DNA of 64,000 bases, from positions 1 through 64,000 of the IMG/VR virus record IMGVR_UViG_3300032242_001752. One strand, given 5' to 3'. A model generated the notes under the pieces. It ran no database searches, was not told the DNA's origin, and saw only the letters and a list, made by a program, of their open reading frames with translations. Below are positions 1 through 6,703 of the stretch, piece by piece; within the stretch, counting starts at the first letter, position 1; each line of letters starts with the position of its first letter. The stretch comes from a virus. Position numbers and translations under genes: made by a program.

Positions 1-74
1 CCCAACTCAACAAAACGCTACAAACAACTTCGTTGTTTGTTTTAAGGGCTTTTGTAGCGTTTTGTTGAGTCGGG
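1..74. repeat. Long hairpin element with CCAACTCAACAA-type ends, copy 1
   Basis: 1-24 pairs with 51-74 (one mismatch); internal alternative hairpin ACAAACAAC-TTC-GTTGTTTGT. Confidence 0.9.
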
Positions 75-79
75 CGTGT

Positions 80-98
80 CGTTATCAAATTGTTATAA
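80..98. promoter_or_regulatory. 19-bp box CGTTATCAWWYGTTATAA-type (copy 1 of 9)
   Basis: CGTTATCAAATTGTTATAA; same motif at 959, 987(rc), 2064, 2093, 2121(rc), 3306, 3328, 3365. Confidence 0.85.
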
Positions 99-114
99 AC
101 TCACCCCCGAGGGG

Positions 115-144
115 GCGAGGAGGGCCTGGGCAAACCCTCCTCGC
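115..144 (-). terminator. GC-rich hairpin after cassette 1 genes
   Basis: GCGAGGAGGG/CCCTCCTCGC 10-bp stem just 3' of the stop at 152; no clear U-tract. Confidence 0.55.
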
Positions 145-151
145 TGTTCAA

Positions 152-448
152 TCAAACTATTGTGATAAGTGAAACTGGTGTGTCTTGTTCAGTGCAATAC
201 TGAAGTTTACCCCAAGGTGTTTCCACGAAGAAGTAATAGCCCTGACAGTCTAATTCGTGAAACGCTTTGAATAGCCCAGATAAGCGTGGATTATTTGGAG
301 GTGATTGACAAGCGCCCAGAAGTTCGATTTTGACTGGCTCAACTAGGAACTCGTCCTCTAAATACCTAAGTATAGCCATTACATAACCGTTCCATAGTTC
401 GCCATCGGCTCCTGTGGTGAGGTGTTGCTCTGTGATTCTAATTTCCAT
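152..448 (-). CDS. hypothetical (probably early) protein
   Basis: 98-aa ORF, RBS AAAGGAAA upstream. Confidence 0.8.
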   Translation of the reverse strand: MEIRITEQHLTTGADGELWNGYVMAILRYLEDEFLVEPVKIELLGACQSPPNNPRLSGLFKAFHELDCQGYYFFVETPWGKLQYCTEQDTPVSLITIV

Positions 449-470
449 TTTTCGTTTCCTTTGGTTAGAA

Positions 471-500
471 GTGAGCCAGTTTTAGGACATGGCTCAGGTC
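471..500 (-). ncRNA. intergenic H-type pseudoknot motif, copy 1
   Basis: GAC-C-TGAGCCA-T-GTC-CTAAAAC-TGGCTCA; covaries with 3 other copies. Confidence 0.7.
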
Positions 501-506
501 GCAAGG

Positions 507-857
507 TTATCTAGGGCTAATTGTCCCAGATTCTACACCCTTGATAAATTCACCAAGAGTGGAGTGGATTAGCACGATTTCGGCTAGTGTGAACTGACCA
601 CGCAATAACTCCGTGTTAGTGTATAGCGTTTCACCATAAAGACCAGTTAGGTAAACCCAAACATCTCGGTCAATGTGGATGGCGTGCTTGCCCTCGTTGC
701 CGTGCCAAACAGACACAGACACAAGGTCGGTTGTGTGAGGACTTACTACATCCTCGCCAGCGATGTTGTTGGTAGAGATTTCGCCCTTTACCCAAGTTTC
801 GTGATTCTCAACTGGTTCGGGTTTCACCTCAACCTTGATTTGGTGCTTAGTGTTCAT
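507..857 (-). CDS. hypothetical (probably early) protein
   Basis: 116-aa ORF, RBS TAGGAG. Confidence 0.8.
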   Translation of the reverse strand: MNTKHQIKVEVKPEPVENHETWVKGEISTNNIAGEDVVSPHTTDLVSVSVWHGNEGKHAIHIDRDVWVYLTGLYGETLYTNTELLRGQFTLAEIVLIHSTLGEFIKGVESGTISPR

Positions 858-926
858 ACTGAACTCCTAAATAAGTGTAAAGACTGCCCAGATAACTTTT
901 GTTCTCTCTCGTTCCTTACAAAAACT

Positions 927-977
927 AATCTAGCCTATTACACACATACCCCCCCTGTCGTTATCATTTTGTTATAA
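927..977 (-). promoter_or_regulatory. cassette promoter: 19-bp box-N7-GGGTATG-N12-TAGATT
   Basis: identical spacing in three cassettes. Confidence 0.75.
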
Positions 978-1005
978 ATCTCTGCTTTATAACGATTTGA
1001 TAACG
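959..1005. repeat. inverted pair of 19-bp boxes with 9-nt spacer
   Basis: 959-977 and 987-1005(rc); same geometry at 2093-2139. Confidence 0.85.
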
Positions 1006-1007
1006 AA

Positions 1008-1099
1008 CCAACTCAACAAAAGCTAATGGCAGCAAGCTGCCTATTAGCTTTATAATACCTAGGCTATATAATTATAGCCAGGTATTATTGTTGAGTTGG
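1008..1099. repeat. T-shaped (three-way) palindromic element, copy 2
   Basis: outer stem CCAACTCAACAA/TTGTTGAGTTGG; arm hairpins 1020-1050 and 1053-1087. Confidence 0.9.
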
Positions 1100-1171
1100 C
1101 GCACCTCTGCCCCTCTGCTCCCGAGCACGCCAAAACCAGCCCCCATTGCTGGGGACTGGCTGGCTGGTTGC

Positions 1172-1417
1172 TTACATCACTTTGTGTTCGCAATCACACT
1201 TTGCATCGTGGTCGCGACCCAGTGAACCTTCGGGCAAGTCTAGACTACGCTCCAACAGGTCTAAGCCTGTCCAGAATGACTCACGCCAGCCTGGGCTGTC
1301 GTCCCAGTCCTGTTGGTGATAATAGTCCAGAGCCGTAGTTATCTTGTCCACTAACTGAGTAGCAGTCTTTGTGATAGCGTGGTTTTGTAGGGTTACCCAG
1401 ATTTGTTCTTCGAACAT
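1172..1417 (-). CDS. hypothetical (probably early) protein
   Basis: 81-aa ORF, RBS AAAGGAAA; C-terminal HDAKCDCEH. Confidence 0.8.
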   Translation of the reverse strand: MFEEQIWVTLQNHAITKTATQLVDKITTALDYYHQQDWDDSPGWRESFWTGLDLLERSLDLPEGSLGRDHDAKCDCEHKVM

Positions 1418-1442
1418 TTTATTTCCTTTTCTTGTTTGTAGG

Positions 1443-1473
1443 GTGAGCCAGTTTAGACACTTGGCTCAGGTGT
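1443..1473 (-). ncRNA. intergenic H-type pseudoknot motif, copy 2
   Basis: ACAC-C-TGAGCCA-A-GTGT-CTAAAC-TGGCTCA. Confidence 0.7.
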
Positions 1474-1481
1474 TGGTTTTA

Positions 1482-1961
1482 CTAGTTGATTAGTCCTAGT
1501 TCGCGGTGCTCAAACTCAACTTCAAAGGCACTTGCTTTTAGACACTTGCCGTCAGTTAGTTCGTGGTCGCAAACTCCGTCAAAGCAGTCGGACTCTTGCG
1601 TGAATACCACAAAGGTATCTGCTAAGTGGCAACGCTGAGCAGTCCACGTGCTAGGACCATAAAGGTCGTATTCCATAGCCGTCAAAAATACGCCGTCGTG
1701 TTCGCCGTTAGTTGCGTATGTGATGCCGTCCATGTCGCAAGAGTCAAAGAATGACTGAATGCTCGCAAAGTAGTTGCCGAATGCTTCCCAGTATTCAACT
1801 CGTTTGATGTCAGTTCCTGATGTCATACCACGCCAAGTTTGCTGACGTTCATTGACATCTTTCCTGCTATACCAATACTTGACCAGTTCCAAAGGCGTGT
1901 CAAGCGTATAAGTGTAATCGCTAGACTCAACGGAACTGACTAACAAAGGATTTGTATCCAT
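1482..1961 (-). CDS. hypothetical (probably early) protein
   Basis: 159-aa acidic ORF downstream of the cassette promoter. Confidence 0.8.
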   Translation of the reverse strand: MDTNPLLVSSVESSDYTYTLDTPLELVKYWYSRKDVNERQQTWRGMTSGTDIKRVEYWEAFGNYFASIQSFFDSCDMDGITYATNGEHDGVFLTAMEYDLYGPSTWTAQRCHLADTFVVFTQESDCFDGVCDHELTDGKCLKASAFEVEFEHRELGLIN

Positions 1962-2031
1962 TGCCCGTTCTCTCTGCTAGGGAACTACTTGCCTAGACAC
2001 TTTATCTAGGTCCCGTTTCCCTAACAAGATA

Positions 2032-2082
2032 AGACTATGCTATTTTAGGCATACCCTATCTCTCGTTATCAATTCGTTATAA
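2032..2082 (-). promoter_or_regulatory. cassette promoter: 19-bp box-N7-GGGTATG-N12-TAGTCT
   Basis: same spacing as 927-977 and 3274-3324. Confidence 0.75.
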
Positions 2083-2092
2083 TCTTTTTTTT

Positions 2093-2139
2093 CGTTATCA
2101 TTTCGTTATAAACTCTCGCTTTATAACAATTTGATAACG
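2093..2139. repeat. inverted pair of 19-bp boxes with 9-nt spacer
   Basis: 2093-2111 and 2121-2139(rc). Confidence 0.85.
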
Positions 2140-2142
2140 GCC

Positions 2143-2248
2143 CCAACTCAACAAAACTATTGGCAAAAAGGCCTGACGGCCTTTTAGCCTAATAGTTTTA
2201 GCCCTATACTATGCTAAAGCATATAGTATACGGGCTTTGTTGAGTTGG
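2143..2248. repeat. T-shaped (three-way) palindromic element, copy 3
   Basis: same 12-bp outer stem; two internal hairpins of largely different sequence. Confidence 0.9.
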
Positions 2249-2312
2249 CGCGATCTCTAGGCTGGCTGTGTCCCCGAAGGGAGGGAGGCTGGTTTCCCAG
2301 CCCCCCAGTTGT

Positions 2313-2531
2313 TTATTCTACTTCGTCTAATGCCCACGAAGTAAGTTTGATGTTTGTAATCTGTCTAGACGAATCTAGGCAGGTTTGACACAGGTGAGCG
2401 CCTTCATTTTCCACAGGGATCCACTGAGCCATGTGAGCCTTTGGAAGTGTAACAAAGACGCTAACAACTTTAGCGAAGTGTGTTGCCGGTGTTTCGGTTG
2501 ATGTTTCTAGGCATTTAGCACATAGATTCAT
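2313..2531 (-). CDS. small Zn-binding hypothetical protein
   Basis: CAKC...CQTC; start moved to ATG 2531 because the upstream GTG lies inside the pseudoknot motif. Confidence 0.7.
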   Translation of the reverse strand: MNLCAKCLETSTETPATHFAKVVSVFVTLPKAHMAQWIPVENEGAHLCQTCLDSSRQITNIKLTSWALDEVE

Positions 2532-2555
2532 TTCATTACTTTCTTGTTTGAGTGA

Positions 2556-2586
2556 GTGAGTCAGTTTATCCACTTGACTCAGGTGG
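2556..2586 (-). ncRNA. intergenic H-type pseudoknot motif, copy 3
   Basis: CCAC-C-TGAGTCA-A-GTGG-ATAAAC-TGACTCA; compensatory changes in both stems. Confidence 0.7.
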
Positions 2587-2591
2587 TATTG

Positions 2592-2771
2592 CTAGTGGCT
2601 AAATACGCTATGTGTTTCGTGCTTGCCACGTGGTCTTACAAGCATTAGCACCTTGTAAGTTTTGGTGTTGTTGATGTAGCAGTCAGGGTTGTCGCATTTC
2701 CAACAACCCGCTAAACCCTTGCCCATAAAGTAATCAAAGGTCTTGTTGTATAACTTGCAGTAAGTAGTCAT
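2592..2771 (-). CDS. 59-aa Cys-containing hypothetical protein (not in ORF track)
   Basis: MTTYCKLYNK...CWKCDNPDC...; TAATG overlap with upstream ORF. Confidence 0.6.
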   Translation of the reverse strand: MTTYCKLYNKTFDYFMGKGLAGCWKCDNPDCYINNTKTYKVLMLVRPRGKHETHSVFSH

Positions 2772-2857
2772 TACTTACCCGCTTTCTGCCATAGTCGCCC
2801 AATGTAGAAAGCGATAATCATTTCAAGTAAGTCTTGCCCATTGAATATGTGAATCAC
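2771..2857 (-). CDS. 28-aa microprotein (not in ORF track)
   Basis: GTG start after GAAAGG RBS: MIHIFNGQDLLEMIIAFYIGRLWQKAGK. Confidence 0.55.
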   Translation of the reverse strand: MIHIFNGQDLLEMIIAFYIGRLWQKAGK

Positions 2858-2880
2858 TTTGTTGCCTTTCTATTTGTAGG

Positions 2881-2910
2881 GTGGCAGTTTTGGACGGGTC
2901 TGCCAACCGT
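2881..2910 (-). ncRNA. intergenic H-type pseudoknot motif, copy 4 (diverged)
   Basis: ACGG-T-TGGCAG-AC-CCGT-CCAAAA-CTGCCA. Confidence 0.6.
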
Positions 2911-2922
2911 GTTTGTTGCGAA

Positions 2923-3201
2923 CTAGATAGATGCTAAGTCAGCGACTACCCTAGCGTTTACCCTTGCCCAAAACTCAGCGCAGGTAATTTGGAATGGTTT
3001 GCCAAGTTCCAAAGCCGAGACTGTGGTGGCGTATAGTGTTTCCCAGCGTGCCATTTCTAGTTCGTATTCTTGAACCATAAACGCATCGTTGCTCGTAGCC
3101 TTGACTGTGGCTAGTGCTTCACTAGCCTTGTCGTAAGCATCACGAATTACACTAACAAGGTCTAACCCTGTCCTGTAATCCGTCTCTAAAACAATTTCCA
3201 T
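2923..3201 (-). CDS. hypothetical (probably early) protein
   Basis: ATG 3201 after GGAGAG; helical 92-aa protein. Confidence 0.75.
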   Translation of the reverse strand: MEIVLETDYRTGLDLVSVIRDAYDKASEALATVKATSNDAFMVQEYELEMARWETLYATTVSALELGKPFQITCAEFWARVNARVVADLASI

Positions 3202-3273
3202 TGCTCTCTCCAATTACCAAGCAACTCTCGCCTAAGCCCTTTTGTCTTAGTGTCTTGTTTGCCTGATAAAGCC

Positions 3274-3383
3274 AAACTATCAGTTTCACCACATACCCCA
3301 TTCGTCGTTATCAATTCGTTATAATGCCGTTATCATTTTGTTATCTAAGGGGGGTAGGGTTAATCGTTATCAAATCGTTATAA
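3274..3383 (-). promoter_or_regulatory. cassette promoter with three 19-bp boxes (3306, 3328, 3365)
   Basis: box-N7-GGGTATG-N12-TAGTTT. Confidence 0.75.
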
Positions 3384-3509
3384 TCCACCAGGCCACAGAT
3401 AGGATTTTTTGATTTAAATAGTCAGGCAGTAGCCTAAATGCGGGATATGCATTTTCAATTAAATATTTGATTAGGTGCGGGATTGGCCGCATTGGCTGCA
3501 TAGCTTATT

Positions 3510-3537
3510 TTGCAATGTCAGGGGTCTGTGCTATAAT
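3510..3537 (+). promoter_or_regulatory. sigmaA-type rightward promoter
   Basis: TTGCAA-N16-TATAAT with extended -10 TG. Confidence 0.6.
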
Positions 3538-3587
3538 TCCGGAAGCTTACGGTGCGGTTTCCCTGGTTTTAATACATAATGGATAAC

Positions 3588-3764
3588 ATGGAACCTGATA
3601 AGAACCAATTTGGTAGAATCAAGGACAAGGTTGTAAGCTTCCTTAAGTTTAAAGATAACAAGATAGCTGAGACTACGCCGTTTGGCCCTATGAGCAAGTA
3701 CCAAGAGAATCCTGAGAACAGGATTATACACAAGTCTGTGCGAGAGGACCGCAATGAGCGATGA
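3588..3764 (+). CDS. small protein, N-terminal MEPDKNQF
   Basis: ORF track (second ATG chosen); first of a chain of overlapping ORFs. Confidence 0.65.
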   Translation: MEPDKNQFGRIKDKVVSFLKFKDNKIAETTPFGPMSKYQENPENRIIHKSVREDRNER

Positions 3765-4044
3765 GCACGTGCACGTCATAACAGACTGTAAAGCTTGTGG
3801 AATAAAGCGGTTTGCAGAAGGAAAGCCGCGCGAGTCTCACTCAGTCATCCCAGTTGAAAAGGGAATTAGTGAAGTTCCAGCAACATATACCTTCTTAGCC
3901 GAGAGCTCACACGAATTAAATAACCACAAGCAAGATATGATACATAGAGTGTTTAGACAGACGAAAGGCAAGCCTTTCTTTAACCCTATGAACTCTAGAA
4001 TAGTAAACTTCAATCACGGCAAGGACCACAATGGAACCGAGTAA
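3754..4044 (+). CDS. hypothetical protein (CxxC)
   Basis: 96 aa, coupled to neighbours. Confidence 0.7.
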   Translation: MSDEHVHVITDCKACGIKRFAEGKPRESHSVIPVEKGISEVPATYTFLAESSHELNNHKQDMIHRVFRQTKGKPFFNPMNSRIVNFNHGKDHNGTE

Positions 4045-4507
4045 AGGTCAGTTTTACAATGTTAATGGCAACAGACGAGTTGTGACCACTTCTGTGCAGG
4101 AAAAGAACAAGCCTCACTACAAGCTAGTGGGAGAAGGCATCGACCGCGATGTCGCTGACTTGCTAGCCGAGCAAGAGGCCAATCCTACCTCTGGCCTTCG
4201 TGGCCGCAAGACCAAGGCTAGCGATCTAATGGGCAATCAAGAAAAACTACTTGAGAACCTAGGTAAAGACGTTAGAAGAACAGCAAGAGCCGAAGGTGCA
4301 TCAAACAAGTCTGAAAACACTCGTGAGCTAAGGACTGCAGAAGCTTTTAGAACTAACCCTACAATTGCTGAACTAATGAAACGAGAAGAGCCGCTTGAAG
4401 TAAGTGGTGACGCACTAGCCAGAGTTAGACGTGGCGATGCACCGAAGCTTATCGCAACCACCGCAACCTGGGATAAGCGTAAGAAAGACCTTGGTGTAGG
4501 AGAATAA
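4031..4507 (+). CDS. hypothetical protein, N-terminal MEPSKGQF
   Basis: 158 aa, RBS AAGGA. Confidence 0.8.
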   Translation: MEPSKGQFYNVNGNRRVVTTSVQEKNKPHYKLVGEGIDRDVADLLAEQEANPTSGLRGRKTKASDLMGNQEKLLENLGKDVRRTARAEGASNKSENTRELRTAEAFRTNPTIAELMKREEPLEVSGDALARVRRGDAPKLIATTATWDKRKKDLGVGE

Positions 4508-4827
4508 TGAGCAACGGAAGCAAAAAGACTAGAGCTGCGAGCAAGACTGGTAGAACAGCCCACTTTGAGGCTGGAGTCAGTGGTGGCCGCGAGTATTGGG
4601 ATAACAGAGACAATGGTCCTCACAAAAAGACCTATGAAGTGTCTAAGAGAGACACTCTTCCTTTTGGCCCTAAAGAGCAGAAGGCAACAAAACTAGGCTG
4701 GCACATGAAGACCGGTAAGTACCCTACACACCACCCATCTATGGAATATGATGAGCGTTGTTCTAAGTGTGAAGCTTTAGACAGTACTTTTGACCATCCT
4801 AATGGCCGTAAGATAACTGACGACTAA
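4507..4827 (+). CDS. hypothetical protein (CxxC)
   Basis: TAATG overlap. Confidence 0.75.
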   Translation: MSNGSKKTRAASKTGRTAHFEAGVSGGREYWDNRDNGPHKKTYEVSKRDTLPFGPKEQKATKLGWHMKTGKYPTHHPSMEYDERCSKCEALDSTFDHPNGRKITDD

Positions 4828-5279
4828 TGAAGCCACGCGATAGCCAGCTACCAGAAAAACCTAAGCACGACCACCCGTGGAAGCGTATTGAATGGGGTAA
4901 CGTTGCTCGCAGCAATGACACTGAAGGTAATAAGAGTGGATTTAAAAGCTTAGCTGGGGCAAAAGCAAAAGCCCGCAAGTGGCTAGAGGCTTCCGGATTA
5001 AATAGGCTACACGCACCAAAAGTAGCCGGAGCTGACCACGTTAATATTAAAATTACTAAAGATACCAATGGTGACCACAATATTGAATATCAAAATAAAT
5101 ATTGTGAAGCCTGCGCACCTGAGCGTATCCATACCATTAGCTCTACTCCTATCGAAAGTTGGAAAACAATAGCAGAAGAAGCAGCTGCCGGTAGAGATGT
5201 GCGTCCAGGCGGACACAGAAAATATGCAGTCCCAGCTAACCCAACTGAGACTCCGCCTCCTCATAGGATGGACGCGTAA
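4827..5279 (+). CDS. hypothetical protein, N-terminal MKPRDSQL
   Basis: TAATG overlap; CEAC motif. Confidence 0.75.
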   Translation: MKPRDSQLPEKPKHDHPWKRIEWGNVARSNDTEGNKSGFKSLAGAKAKARKWLEASGLNRLHAPKVAGADHVNIKITKDTNGDHNIEYQNKYCEACAPERIHTISSTPIESWKTIAEEAAAGRDVRPGGHRKYAVPANPTETPPPHRMDA

Positions 5280-5506
5280 TGAAGCCACGCGGGCTATTAG
5301 AAGAGTTCCAACACGGCCGTGCGCCGGAGCTCAACCAGGTGCTAGGTGTATTCACCCAAAATAATGCCGTTTTAGGGCTGGATGTACAAGGTGCAATTAG
5401 AATTAATGATGGTATCTTTACCGGGCCTAAAGGTGCATATCAAGGTTATACTAGTTCTGTTAACGCGTCTAATGTTACGCAAATACCTTATGGGAGCGCG
5501 CAATGA
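5279..5506 (+). CDS. hypothetical protein
   Basis: TAATG overlap; begins ATGAAGCCACGCG like the previous gene. Confidence 0.7.
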   Translation: MKPRGLLEEFQHGRAPELNQVLGVFTQNNAVLGLDVQGAIRINDGIFTGPKGAYQGYTSSVNASNVTQIPYGSAQ

Positions 5507-5679
5507 ATCCAAAAGAAGGCCAATTTAAAGGCCAGCTAAATGCTGAGCCGTCTGGTGAACTTGAGGTGTTAGAGCATCAATATCAAGAAGCTATGTCTCA
5601 GGACCCTCGCTACCTTACTGATGAGGACAAGCAGGAGATGAGTAACTTCTACGACAAGCAAGCAAAGGAAATGAAATAG
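5503..5679 (+). CDS. 58-aa protein, N-terminal MNPKEGQF (not in ORF track)
   Basis: ATGA overlap, GGAG RBS, fills the gap exactly. Confidence 0.7.
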   Translation: MNPKEGQFKGQLNAEPSGELEVLEHQYQEAMSQDPRYLTDEDKQEMSNFYDKQAKEMK

Positions 5680-5909
5680 TGCACCCTAAGTTTCGTCAAC
5701 TTCCACACAAGCCGCGTAATCCTCTACCAGTACGTTTAGAGGCACCAGAGCACGAGCACGACTTCCGCAGAAAATACTACCCAGATGGTACTTTAAAGTC
5801 TCAGACCAACTGTAAGACGCGTTACTGCAATGTTATGCCAGGAGTAAACGACTATGGAAAGCCGTATCCTGCTACTATTCACGACCCAAAACCTAAAGAG
5901 GATAACTAA
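5679..5909 (+). CDS. hypothetical protein, N-terminal MHPKFRQL
   Basis: TAGTG overlap. Confidence 0.7.
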   Translation: MHPKFRQLPHKPRNPLPVRLEAPEHEHDFRRKYYPDGTLKSQTNCKTRYCNVMPGVNDYGKPYPATIHDPKPKEDN

Positions 5910-6250
5910 TGGCTGAAAAGAAAAAAGCAACTAGTAAGAAGAAGAACAAGACCTTAGCGGGCAAAACTTCTGATGGTAAGAAGGTCTATGGCCCTTTTAA
6001 GGGCTCAAAGAAAAACGGTGGTCGTCCCATGATGTCTGTCGTAAATCCAGATGGCTCACGCACGTCTATCTCAGCTGCTCGTTATAAGTATGAAAAGACT
6101 CACGGCAAGCTTCCTAAGAATGTTGACGTGGACCACAAGAACAATAACCACTCTGATGATAAATCAGGCAACCTTCGCGCTTTAGCTCACGGTAAGAACA
6201 CTGCTAAAGAGAACAAGCGCCGCGCAGGAAAGAAAGAGAACCAGAAGTAA
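5909..6250 (+). CDS. HNH endonuclease-like basic protein
   Basis: DVDHKNNNHSDD..NLRAL..N motif. Confidence 0.75.
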   Translation: MAEKKKATSKKKNKTLAGKTSDGKKVYGPFKGSKKNGGRPMMSVVNPDGSRTSISAARYKYEKTHGKLPKNVDVDHKNNNHSDDKSGNLRALAHGKNTAKENKRRAGKKENQK

Positions 6251-6591
6251 TGGCTACTCCAGCTAAAAAAGTATCAAAGCCTGCTGTAAAGCCGGCTTCT
6301 AAAAAAGTAGCTGCTAAGCCAGCTGCTAGGCCAGCTGTTAAGCCAGCTACTAAACCGGCTGTTAAACCCGCTGCTAAAGAAAAGTACAATCCTAAAGCAG
6401 CTATTTGGGGTTGCTACGGGTGCGGTCACGCAAATGCTCCGGAAGAAAAAACATGCTGGGATTGCGAAACTAGCCACCCAGGACAGATGAGATGGCTTGA
6501 CCCTTCAACAGGTGAAACTGCTTCTGGAAAACAAATTGCTGCTGCGCCTAAGTCTTTGAGAGACAGAGTATCTGCTGCATACAAAGACTAG
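6250..6591 (+). CDS. histone-like KPA-repeat protein with Zn ribbon
   Basis: tandem KPA(A/V) repeats; WGCYGC...CWDC. Confidence 0.7.
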   Translation: MATPAKKVSKPAVKPASKKVAAKPAARPAVKPATKPAVKPAAKEKYNPKAAIWGCYGCGHANAPEEKTCWDCETSHPGQMRWLDPSTGETASGKQIAAAPKSLRDRVSAAYKD

Positions 6592-6703
6592 CAGTAAAAA
6601 TAATTCAGTTTAGATAAGAAATCTGAAACAACTAACGCCATACTTAGTAATATGGCGTTCCGATCAAACGTCTTTAATTAATCTCTAGAGAAAGTACATA
6701 TTC

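Noticed and set aside
675-1338. Plus-strand ORFs 675-977 and 1096-1338
   Set aside because: Antisense shadows of minus-strand genes that have RBSs and promoters.
1-2248. Calling the hairpin elements MITEs or IS ends
   Set aside because: No target-site duplications, interiors are not homologous, and no transposase is in the window.
1-3383. CRISPR array interpretation of the 19-bp and 30-bp repeats
   Set aside because: Spacing is irregular, orientations are mixed and whole genes lie between copies. The Cas4-like gene at 63581 is a stand-alone phage nuclease.
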